Shown: one piece after another, positions 8,524 to 17,464 of the stretch | How the letters are laid out: every line of letters begins with the position of its first letter | Position numbering within the stretch: position 1 is the stretch's first letter | Position numbers and translations under genes: made by a program | Notes under the pieces: generated by a model | Database searches by the model: none | Seen by the model: the letters and a program-made list of their open reading frames with translations, nothing else | Told to the model about the DNA's origin: nothing | Assembly (NCBI GenBank): GCA_018623135.1 | Contig: JAAZVW010000005.1 | Location: 1 to 57,758 of the forward strand | DNA: 57,758 bases | DNA from: Pseudomonadota bacterium | Lineage (GTDB): Bacteria > Pseudomonadota > Alphaproteobacteria > UBA1280 > JAAZVW01 | Direction of reading: 5' to 3'

Positions 8524-9537
8524 ATGAGAAAGAAAATGATGAAAGAATTAAACATTGCTGTGGTTGGTGCAACAGGTAATTTAGGTCGAGAATTATTGAC
8601 ATTACTTGAAGAAGAAACGCTTTTTAAAGTAAAAGAGATTTCTTTAGTTGCCTCGGGTGAAAATTCAGAAGAAGAAAGCAGTCTGACATTTAAAGATAAA
8701 GATCATCTGATTACGGCACTTAAAGATGCTGACTTTTCTCATACAGATGTTGCCTTTTTAGCTGTGCCACAGGCTGTTGCAAAAGAAGCAGAAGAAAAAC
8801 TGAAAAATACGACGGCTAAAGTTATTGATGCTTCTGCAGCGCTTAAAGATGCGCCGCTTATGGTAAAAGGCGTTACCGATTTAGCAACAAAAGCTCAAAA
8901 CACAATGGCACGCATTGCAAACCCACTTACAACACAGCTTGTAACGTTGTTAAAGCCACTACAGGCTAAAACAGAAGTTAAAACAATTGTTTCTTCAACC
9001 TATCAGGCTACATCTGGTGCTGGGCGTCGTGGTATGGATGAGCTATTTAGACAATCTACAACAATGCTTGGTGGTGCGGGCGCTGAGGCGGTACCTGCAG
9101 AGGTTCATCCTGTGCAAATTGGCTTTAATGCAATTCCTCTTGTTGGTGACGCGGTCAATGAACAAACATCGGAAGAAATTCGCGTTACAGAAGAAGTAAA
9201 AAATATTTTAGGTGATGATGTTGTTGTAAACATGACGGCTGTACGTATCCCTACTTTTGTGGGTTATGCTCAGGCTGTAACACTTTACACAGCAGATAAA
9301 ATAGAAGCAGAAACAGCGCGACAAATTTTTACAGGCTTAGCGGGTGTGTTTGTGATTGATGATATTGCAAAAGGTGAGGTTTCTACACCTTTTGGTGCAG
9401 CTGAAACGGCTTATACTTATGTGTCTCGTGTGCGTAATAATGCTGATGGTTCGTTAAGTTTTTGGGTTGTTTCTGATAACTTACGTGCAGGCGCTGCTTG
9501 CCAAATGGTTGATATTGCAGGATTACTTCTTTCATAA
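8524..9537 (+). CDS. aspartate-semialdehyde dehydrogenase family protein, USG-1-like (catalytic Cys/His not conserved)
   Basis: NAD(P)-binding VVGATGNLG, the QATSGAG motif and the Asd-like C-terminal FWVVSDNLRAGAA. The site where Asd has NCS/T reads ANPLTTQ, and the site where Asd has GHS reads GYA. Confidence 0.75.
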   Translation: MRKKMMKELNIAVVGATGNLGRELLTLLEEETLFKVKEISLVASGENSEEESSLTFKDKDHLITALKDADFSHTDVAFLAVPQAVAKEAEEKLKNTTAKVIDASAALKDAPLMVKGVTDLATKAQNTMARIANPLTTQLVTLLKPLQAKTEVKTIVSSTYQATSGAGRRGMDELFRQSTTMLGGAGAEAVPAEVHPVQIGFNAIPLVGDAVNEQTSEEIRVTEEVKNILGDDVVVNMTAVRIPTFVGYAQAVTLYTADKIEAETARQIFTGLAGVFVIDDIAKGEVSTPFGAAETAYTYVSRVRNNADGSLSFWVVSDNLRAGAACQMVDIAGLLLS

Positions 9538-9561
9538 CCCTGTGTTTTTCCAAATTTATAT

Positions 9562-9589
9562 AAAAACCCGCTTTAAAAGCGGGTTTTTT
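9562..9589 (+). terminator. intrinsic terminator
   Basis: cccgc-tttaaaa-gcggg followed by TTTTTT. Confidence 0.8.
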
Positions 9590-9629
9590 GTGTATTTCTC
9601 TCTATAATCATAGGTCATACCTATTTTAT

Positions 9630-9643
9630 GTGTATAAATACAC
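9630..9643. promoter_or_regulatory. perfect 14-bp palindrome GTGTATAAATACAC (candidate operator)
   Basis: Read directly. The 2-nt centre makes an RNA hairpin unlikely. Shares the core TGTATAAATACA with the site at 9721. Confidence 0.35.
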
Positions 9644-9720
9644 TTTTTTTTAAAGTTATTTTTTTACATGTACTTAAGTGCTATTGAACGGCTGAGTGTT
9701 TAAAAGTCAACGATATTTTT

Positions 9721-9734
9721 TTGTATAAATACAA
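9721..9734. promoter_or_regulatory. perfect 14-bp palindrome TTGTATAAATACAA (candidate operator)
   Basis: Read directly. Same 12-bp core as the site at 9630, located 91 bp downstream of it and upstream of the protease/rimK pair. Confidence 0.35.
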
Positions 9735-9787
9735 ATAAAATTCTTGGGGGTACTGAAAAATAGAGGTATTGTCCTTTGTGTGACTAA

Positions 9788-10267
9788 ATGCCCCTGTGGC
9801 ATAAAATACACAGTTACGCACAACAACCAAAGGATATGCTTTTGCAACATAAAACCATTTTAGGAGCGCGCGAATACGTTAGCTTTCCTGAATTGAATTT
9901 GCATGGCTTACTTGCAAAAACAGATACAGGCGCAAAAACAAGTAGTTTGCATGCGCTTAATGTTGAAACAAAAGATACTGAAGTTTCTTTTGATGTTGAA
10001 ACAACATTGGGTGAGCGCCAAAGGGTGACATTGCCACTTATTAAAGAACGCATAGTTATTAGCTCTAACGGGCATAAAGAACAGCGTTGTGTTATTGAAA
10101 CGTATTTTGTTTTAGCAAATGGTGAAAAACATAAGTGTCAGTTGACTTTGAGAGACCGAACAACGATGCGTTGTCCTGTGTTATTGGGCCAACGATTACT
10201 GGCACGAAATTTTCTGATTGATCCTTCCGCTGAGTTTTTACTTGGTCAGATGGATAGCGGAAAATAA
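9788..10267 (+). CDS. RimK-associated putative ATP-dependent zinc protease (retropepsin-like) family protein
   Basis: Motif AKTDTGAKTSSLHA and a position immediately upstream of rimK. The true start may be the ATG at 9836 (MLLQHKTILGAREYVSFPEL...). Confidence 0.7.
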   Translation: MPLWHKIHSYAQQPKDMLLQHKTILGAREYVSFPELNLHGLLAKTDTGAKTSSLHALNVETKDTEVSFDVETTLGERQRVTLPLIKERIVISSNGHKEQRCVIETYFVLANGEKHKCQLTLRDRTTMRCPVLLGQRLLARNFLIDPSAEFLLGQMDSGK

Positions 10268-10286
10268 ATAAAGGAGGTCAACTCAA

Positions 10287-11192
10287 ATGAAAATTGCAAT
10301 TTTATCTCGTGAGCCTAAAAGTTATTCGACACAGCGTTTGGTAGAAGAAGGTCGTTTGCGTGGTCATACAGTGCGTGTGTTAGATACATTACGTTGCTAC
10401 ATGAATATTGCATCTGGTGAGCCATCTATGCACTACAAAGGTAAAGCACTTGCAGAGTATGATGCCGTTGTACCGCGTATTGGTGAATCTATTACATCAT
10501 ACGGCACAGCTGTGGTGCGTCAGTTTGAAATGATGGGCACAATGCCAGTTAACTCTTCTATTGCTATTAACCGCTCTCGCGATAAGTTACGTTCTATGCA
10601 GCTTTTGTCTCGTGAAGGTGTCTCTATGCCGCAAACTGTTTTTGCGCACTCTACAGATGATATTCCTGATTTACTACAAATGGCAGGTGAAGAGCCTCTT
10701 ATTATTAAACTTGTTTCTGGTACACAAGGAGCAGGTGTTGTGAAAGCCGATACGCTTAAACAAGCTGAAAGTATGGTGCAGGCTTTTATGGCAACAAAAT
10801 CTGAAATTTTAGTGCAAGAATTTATTGAGGAATCTGCAGGCACAGACATCCGTTGCGTTGTTGTAGATGGTAAAGTTGTTGCTGCAATGAAGCGAACAGC
10901 ACCAGAGGGTGAATTCCGCTCCAATTTGCATCGTGGTGGTACGGCAGAATTGATTCAGATTACTAAAGAAGAGCGTGAAACAGCCGTTAAAGCCGCTAAA
11001 ATAATGGGCTTAACAGTAGCGGGTGTTGATATTTTACGTTCTCACACAGGGCCAAAAGTGATAGAGGTAAACTCTTCGCCAGGTCTTAAAGGTATAGAAA
11101 CTGCATCGGGTGAAAATGTTGCAGGTAAAATATATGATTATATTGAATGTAACGCTGGCGCTTATAAACATAAGACAAAAGTTGTTGCATAA
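10287..11192 (+). CDS. rimK: ribosomal protein S6 / alpha-L-glutamate ligase RimK (ATP-grasp)
   Basis: 301 aa beginning [10 protein letters not shown]...YSTQRL, with an ATP-grasp core ([22 protein letters not shown]). RBS aaaggagg. Confidence 0.9.
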   Translation: MKIAILSREPKSYSTQRLVEEGRLRGHTVRVLDTLRCYMNIASGEPSMHYKGKALAEYDAVVPRIGESITSYGTAVVRQFEMMGTMPVNSSIAINRSRDKLRSMQLLSREGVSMPQTVFAHSTDDIPDLLQMAGEEPLIIKLVSGTQGAGVVKADTLKQAESMVQAFMATKSEILVQEFIEESAGTDIRCVVVDGKVVAAMKRTAPEGEFRSNLHRGGTAELIQITKEERETAVKAAKIMGLTVAGVDILRSHTGPKVIEVNSSPGLKGIETASGENVAGKIYDYIECNAGAYKHKTKVVA

Positions 11193-11212
11193 TTAAGCCT
11201 TTTATATTTAAA

Positions 11213-11236
11213 GAACCCCCACATTTGTGGGGGTTC
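11213..11236 (+). terminator. intrinsic terminator
   Basis: gaaccccca-catttg-tgggggttc stem-loop with a weak T-rich tail. Confidence 0.6.
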
Positions 11237-11387
11237 TACTTATTTGGTGAGTATTGATATGGCGTAAATGACACGCCATATAATAGACAACGACCCTATG
11301 GGCATTGCTATATACCCATTTATGTTGTAGGCTTTTTCAAGAAGAATTTTCTATATTTAATAATAAAAAGTTGGGTTTAATTTAAAA

Positions 11388-13094
11388 ATGCGTCAACACG
11401 ATATTGTAATTGTAGGTGCGGGTTTAGCTGGCCTACGTGCAGCATTTGAAGGTATTACAGCAGGTCTAGATACAGCTGTTCTTACAAAAGTACATCCGTT
11501 ACGTTCGCACTCTTGTGCGGCTCAAGGTGGTGTAAATGCTGCTATTAATCCGAATGACAACTGGGAAGACCATGCCTACGACACGGTAAAAGGTGCGGAT
11601 TGGCTAGGTGATGAAGACGCAATTGAAATTATGTGTGAAGAAGCTCCACAAGCGGTGTTAGACCTTGATACAATGGGTGCACCTTTTTCTCGTGAAGATG
11701 ATGGTACACTTGCACAACGTCCTTTTGGTGGGCAGTCTTACGCGCGTACGGCATATGCAGCGGATAGAACAGGCCATGCCATGCTTCATACATTGTGGGA
11801 GCAAGCGATTAAGCTAGGTACGCATATTTACCAAGAATGGCAAATGCTACATATTTTAAAAGACCCAAACACAGGCCGCTGTGCAGGTGTTGTTGCTTAT
11901 GATATTGCAACAGGTAAAGTTGAGACTATTCTAGCGAAAACCGTTCTTATCGCAACAGGCGGCTATGGCCGTATTTATGCTTCTAATACCAATGCGATGA
12001 TTAACACAGGTGATGGTGTGGCTTTGGCATTAAAAGCGGGGGCACATGCTGCTGACCTAGAATTTGTACAGTTCCACCCAACGGGCTTACGCAATTCAGG
12101 TATTCTTATTTCAGAAGGTGTACGTGGTGAGGGGGCTTACCTTATTGGTGCGGATGGCAAACGCTTTATGCAGAAATATGCACCTAATAAGCTAGAACTT
12201 GCTTCTCGAGATGTTGTTTCTCGTGCTGAAACGATGGAAATTATGAATGGTAATGGTAAAAACGGTGCTATCTTCTTGGATGTAAGGCATCTTGGTCGAG
12301 ACATTATTTTGGAGCGTTTGCCTCAAATCCGTCAATTATCTATTGATTTTGAAGGGGTAGACCCTATTAATGAACCTATTCCGGTACGCCCAACATGTCA
12401 CTATACAATGGGTGGTATTCGTACAAATAAATTAGGTGAAACTTACGTCCCTGGTTTGTTTGCAGCAGGTGAAGCTGCTTGCGTATCTGTACATGGTGCA
12501 AATCGCTTAGGCGCAAACTCATTACTTGAGACAATTGTTTACGGTAAAGTAACAGGTAAAGAAATGGTGCGCCAAATTCAAGAAGGTACAACACGTGAAT
12601 TCCCAACATATAATCGTGAAGATGTACTTATTGTAGAGCGTAAAATTGCTGAGTTAAAAGCCCGCTCTTCTGAAGATGGCTACCGTCAGGCTGATTTAAG
12701 AGAAGATTTAACACAAGCCATGCAAGAGCATGTAGGTGTGTTCCGTGAAGAAAAATCTTTGAAAAAGGGCTTGAAAAAGATTTTAGACATCAAAGAAAAA
12801 TATAAGAAGCTTTATATTGATGATAAATCTGAAAACTTTAATACAGACTTATTAACAGCTTTAGAGCTGGGTAATTTAATTGCGCTTGCAGAAGGTACTG
12901 TTCGTTCTGCTTTAGCACGTGAAGAATCTCGTGGTGCGCATTCACGTGAAGAATTTACAACACGTGATGATAAGAAGTGGATGAAGCATTCTATTGTAAA
13001 ATGGAATCATGCAACTGATGAAGCAGAGGTTGACTATGAACCTGTGCGCCAACTAGGTAAAGAACGCTACAAACCTGTAGAGCGTACATACTAA
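11388..13094 (+). CDS. sdhA: succinate dehydrogenase / fumarate reductase flavoprotein subunit
   Basis: IVGAGLAGLRAA dinucleotide fold. Covalent-FAD His context RSHSCAAQGG. Also HPTG and RGEG motifs and the ESRGAHSR catalytic Arg region. Confidence 0.9.
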   Translation: MRQHDIVIVGAGLAGLRAAFEGITAGLDTAVLTKVHPLRSHSCAAQGGVNAAINPNDNWEDHAYDTVKGADWLGDEDAIEIMCEEAPQAVLDLDTMGAPFSREDDGTLAQRPFGGQSYARTAYAADRTGHAMLHTLWEQAIKLGTHIYQEWQMLHILKDPNTGRCAGVVAYDIATGKVETILAKTVLIATGGYGRIYASNTNAMINTGDGVALALKAGAHAADLEFVQFHPTGLRNSGILISEGVRGEGAYLIGADGKRFMQKYAPNKLELASRDVVSRAETMEIMNGNGKNGAIFLDVRHLGRDIILERLPQIRQLSIDFEGVDPINEPIPVRPTCHYTMGGIRTNKLGETYVPGLFAAGEAACVSVHGANRLGANSLLETIVYGKVTGKEMVRQIQEGTTREFPTYNREDVLIVERKIAELKARSSEDGYRQADLREDLTQAMQEHVGVFREEKSLKKGLKKILDIKEKYKKLYIDDKSENFNTDLLTALELGNLIALAEGTVRSALAREESRGAHSREEFTTRDDKKWMKHSIVKWNHATDEAEVDYEPVRQLGKERYKPVERTY

Positions 13095-13105
13095 GGAGAA
13101 GTCTC

Positions 13106-14233
13106 ATGGCTGAAGAAAAGAAAACAACTACAGCGAAAAAAGCGGTTCCTAAAAAAACAGCTGCGAAGAAGACAACAGCAAAAAAAGCGCCTGCTAAAAA
13201 AGTAGCAGCTAAAACAACAGAAACAAAAACTGTTAAAAAGAAAGCTGCAGCTAAAACGGTTACTTTCCGCGTAAAACGTGGTGAGCGTTGGCAGGAATAT
13301 GATGTTGCTTATGATGCCTCTACAACAGTCCTTTCTGGTTTGGAGCAAATTAAAGGTGATCAAGATGGTTCTTTAACATTCCGAAGGTCTTGCCGCGCTT
13401 CTATTTGTGGCTCTTGCGGTATGAAGATTAATGACCGCTCTCGTTTGGCTTGTAAAACAAAAATTAAAGACATGATTGAGGGTATGGACCACCGTAATTA
13501 CCAAGGTCGTGATGTGATTAGCATTGCACCACAGGGGAACCAGCCAGTTATTAAAGATCTTGTTGTTGATATTACACAATTATTTAACAAGGTAGAAGCT
13601 GAAGAACCGTATATTAAAGAAGGTCCTGAGCGTGTTGAAGCCAAGGATAAAACAGCTTACGAACAGGTTAATGCGGTTTCTAACTGTATTATGTGCGGTC
13701 TTTGCTATTCTGATTGTACAGAGCTAGAGGTGAATGATAACTTCCATGGTCCAGCTGCTCTTGCTAAAGCATTCCGTTTTGTTGCTGATCCACGAGAAGG
13801 TCAGAAAACAGATCGCCTGAAGAAACTTTCTGAAAAAGGCGGTATTTGGGATTGCGTACGTTGTGGTATGTGTGTGGATGCTTGTCCTAAAGGTGTGGCA
13901 CCAATGGAAGCTATTGGTAAATTACGTCACCGTGCGATAGAGGCGGGTATTACAAATAATCGTGGTGCGAAACATGCTATTGTCTTTAAAGACGATATTC
14001 GTAATGGTGGTTTGTTAAATGAACCAATGATGTTGATTAAAACAACGGGTTTATTTGGTGCTATTGAACAAATTCCAAATGCGTTGCATTTAGCTAAAAA
14101 AGGTAAAGTACCATCATTCTTCCCTGAAAAAATAGAAGGTCTGGATGAAGTGAAACGTATGTTTAAGGTGCTTGAAGAAACTGAGCTAGATGTTGAAACA
14201 AAAGTACTAGATGAAGGCCCAGGTGCAGGTTAA
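13106..14233 (+). CDS. sdhB: succinate dehydrogenase iron-sulfur subunit with N-terminal Lys/Ala-rich tail and C-terminal extension
   Basis: RBS aaggag. Cluster motifs: 2Fe-2S CRASICGSCGMKINDRSRLAC, CIMCGLCYSDC, and CVRCGMCVDACP. About 50 aa of AKK-type low complexity precede the ferredoxin fold. Confidence 0.85.
   Translation: MAEEKKTTTAKKAVPKKTAAKKTTAKKAPAKKVAAKTTETKTVKKKAAAKTVTFRVKRGERWQEYDVAYDASTTVLSGLEQIKGDQDGSLTFRRSCRASICGSCGMKINDRSRLACKTKIKDMIEGMDHRNYQGRDVISIAPQGNQPVIKDLVVDITQLFNKVEAEEPYIKEGPERVEAKDKTAYEQVNAVSNCIMCGLCYSDCTELEVNDNFHGPAALAKAFRFVADPREGQKTDRLKKLSEKGGIWDCVRCGMCVDACPKGVAPMEAIGKLRHRAIEAGITNNRGAKHAIVFKDDIRNGGLLNEPMMLIKTTGLFGAIEQIPNALHLAKKGKVPSFFPEKIEGLDEVKRMFKVLEETELDVETKVLDEGPGAG
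13109..13258 (+). repeat. low-complexity Lys/Ala/Thr-rich coding tract (AKK/TAKK-type repeats)
   Basis: Codons 2-51 of sdhB encode AEEKKTTTAKKAVPKKTAAKKTTAKKAPAKKVAAKTTETKTVKKKAAAK. Confidence 0.8.
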
Positions 14234-14691
14234 TGGTTAAAAAGTTTTTTATATGTGCCTCTATGCTTTTATTAACAGGTTGTGTGTATCACCAACCAGG
14301 TGCTAAGTGGCATTCAGGTTGGTCTGTTGAGCTTATTGGTGAAACAAAGAAATTTGAAAATAATTACAAAAGGCTTGCAAAAGGCTGGATTGGGCAATCA
14401 TTAAAATCATTAACAGACGCATGGGGGCAACCTACGCGTATGGAGTATGGTATAGATGGGCAGATGGAGGTGACATATGTCACGATGCGCCTAACTTCTG
14501 TTTGTCATAACAATAATATGATGCAACAGAGCTACCAGAATATGGGATATTATGGCTGGCAACGTTGCCAGCAACAGCAAATTGTAAACTGTAAAACAGT
14601 GTTTAAAGTAAATGATACTGGTGCTTATGTGCAAGATACAGCACAGCAAATTATAGGTGTTGATTTTAGCGGCGCATATTGCGGGCTTTAA
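14233..14691 (+). CDS. lipoprotein of unknown function embedded in the sdh operon
   Basis: Its ATG shares one base with the sdhB stop (TAATG). Lipobox LLTGC at residues 13-17. The mature part is rich in Q/N/M/Y/W. Confidence 0.65.
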   Translation: MVKKFFICASMLLLTGCVYHQPGAKWHSGWSVELIGETKKFENNYKRLAKGWIGQSLKSLTDAWGQPTRMEYGIDGQMEVTYVTMRLTSVCHNNNMMQQSYQNMGYYGWQRCQQQQIVNCKTVFKVNDTGAYVQDTAQQIIGVDFSGAYCGL

Positions 14692-14718
14692 CTTCGGATA
14701 GGAATAAAGGAAAAAGCA

Positions 14719-15621
14719 ATGGGATTAAGTAAAGATTTAAACTATGCCTACTACCCAGGATGTGCGGCAAAACAAATCCAAAAAGAAGCGGATTGGTCTG
14801 CACGTGCAATTGCAGAAGAGCTTGGTATTAGTTTGCATGATATGCCAAAGGCGACATGTTGTGGTGCGGGTAACTTGCAAGAGCATGACCCAGCTGCAGG
14901 TTTAGCTGTAAATGCGCGTATTTTTTCTCAGGCAGAAGAAATGGGTATGGATATTGCGACTATTTGCAATACTTGCTTGCAAACTTTTTCGTACGCAAAT
15001 CAGCGTTTTAAAAATGAACCTGAGCTTTTGGCGGATATTAATGAGGTACTTACAGCTGCCGGTATTCGTCCTTATGAAGGTACAATTGATGTGAAGCATC
15101 TGGCATGGGTGCTTGTGGATGATTTAGGGTTGGATAAAGTGAAACAGAAGGTTCAGAATCCACTTTCGGGCATGAAAGTTGCTCCTTTTTATGGTTGCCA
15201 TGCCTTGCGTCCTTTTGAAGTTTTTGCAGGTCGCGGTGGTGAACGTCCGCTGTACTTGGATCAGCTTATTCAGGCTATTGGTGGTGAAGTGGTTGATTAT
15301 CAGGGTAAAGATAAATGCTGTGGTTTCCATGTAATGCTTGCGGGTGAGGAAGACTTTTTAAGTATGTCTGGCGGCCATGCGTTAAATGCGAAAAATGAAG
15401 GAGCAGATGTGATGGTTTCTCCTTGTACGCTTTGCGATATGGCTATGGGTGCCTACCAAGCAAAAGCAGAAAAGAAAATGGGTAAAAAGATCGGGTTACC
15501 TGAAATGAGTATCTCTCAGCTTGTAGGGGCTTCTTTGGGTTTAGGGAAAGACCGTTTAGGTACAGACCGTTTGCACCAAGACCCAACAGCTGTATTTAAG
15601 AAATACGGTGTTGAGCTTTAA
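14719..15621 (+). CDS. CCG-domain (HdrB/GlpC-like) subunit, SdhE-type subunit of non-classical succinate dehydrogenase
   Basis: Two Cys-rich CCG repeats: YYPGC...TCCGAG...CNTC and FYGCH...KCCGFH...CTLC. RBS aaaggaaaa. No TM segments. Confidence 0.75.
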   Translation: MGLSKDLNYAYYPGCAAKQIQKEADWSARAIAEELGISLHDMPKATCCGAGNLQEHDPAAGLAVNARIFSQAEEMGMDIATICNTCLQTFSYANQRFKNEPELLADINEVLTAAGIRPYEGTIDVKHLAWVLVDDLGLDKVKQKVQNPLSGMKVAPFYGCHALRPFEVFAGRGGERPLYLDQLIQAIGGEVVDYQGKDKCCGFHVMLAGEEDFLSMSGGHALNAKNEGADVMVSPCTLCDMAMGAYQAKAEKKMGKKIGLPEMSISQLVGASLGLGKDRLGTDRLHQDPTAVFKKYGVEL

Positions 15622-15640
15622 GCGATTTTAGCTTGTTTAA

Positions 15641-15665
15641 AAGGCCGCAATATGCGGCCTTTTTT
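15641..15665. terminator. bidirectional intrinsic terminator
   Basis: ggccgca-ata-tgcggcc flanked by an A-run and a T-run, between convergent genes. Confidence 0.8.
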
Positions 15666-16242
15666 ATTGATAATAAGGGGTGATGAAACAGTTTTTGTAA
15701 GGGATTTTTATGTATTCTATTTCACCATTTATACCAGGGAATTGGTCTAGTATAATATTGGCGATGCAGTAATTGAGCTCTGTGGAAGAGTTAAATTTGC
15801 CTCTTATATTGAGCTCGCTCTCAAAAAGGTTTTTGTGGCTTTTTGGGTCTTTTAAAGAAATTTGTACTTTTCGGGTTTGCCCTTCAGTGTTGGGTGTAAA
15901 TAAGGTTGTAAGGTTACGAGAAGGTTTGTAAAAATCTTCTGCATATTGATTGTTGCTTATGCTGTTTGTTTTTTTGTAGATGTTAATATTTAAAATCAAA
16001 TCTGCGTGCTTTTTGTTTTTAATTTCTTGTAAGCCAAAAGATTCAAACCTTTTTCTTAATTCGGAAGCAAGTTCTTGTTTTTCTAGATATTGTTTGCTGG
16101 TGTCTTTAAGGTTAACAAAGTAGCTTTGATTATAAAAGAGAGCTTTTGTTGCATGGTATCGCTGAATTTGCCCAATGATTTTAGGTTGACAGGCACTAAG
16201 TGTGAAAGCTGTAAAAATGGCAATAAATACGTTTTTATGCAA
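15664..16242 (-). CDS. lipoprotein of unknown function (192 aa)
   Basis: Signal peptide with lipobox TLSAC. Lys/Asn-rich mature part. Confidence 0.6.
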   Translation of the reverse strand: MHKNVFIAIFTAFTLSACQPKIIGQIQRYHATKALFYNQSYFVNLKDTSKQYLEKQELASELRKRFESFGLQEIKNKKHADLILNINIYKKTNSISNNQYAEDFYKPSRNLTTLFTPNTEGQTRKVQISLKDPKSHKNLFESELNIRGKFNSSTELNYCIANIILDQFPGINGEIEYIKIPYKNCFITPYYQ

Positions 16243-16471
16243 CCTATGTGTATCCTTGTTTGTTTTTTCGCGTTATGGATGTTGTTATAGCATAGTTTTC
16301 GGACAAAAAACATCTGATCTATCATATTAAAGTGGCATCTATATCACAATTTGCAGTCAGACTCGGCTAATTTGGGCATAAAGCCCTTTTCACAGCCATG
16401 TTAAAGGCGTACACTAAACTTGTCATTCTAAAAGAGGGCGTTTTTTATAAGAAAAACGTAAAAAAGAATAA

Positions 16472-17428
<957 letters not shown>

Positions 17429-17464
17429 TTTAAGTATTTTTTAAATTTAAGTAAGGAATAAAAA

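Noticed and set aside
10520-10924. Antisense ORFs over 100 aa inside well-supported genes (10520-10924, 28103-28465, 50293-50694, 51580-52005, 8165-8527, 46717-47094)
   Set aside because: Each lies opposite a gene with clear family motifs, lacks an RBS, and has the Ser/Leu/Arg/Cys-rich composition typical of shadow frames.
13091-13363. 90-aa minus-strand ORF rich in Phe, Cys, Ser and Arg
   Set aside because: It is the antisense mirror of the Lys/Ala-rich (AAR/GCN) tract at the start of sdhB. It has no RBS, and its composition is an artefact of reverse-complemented low complexity.
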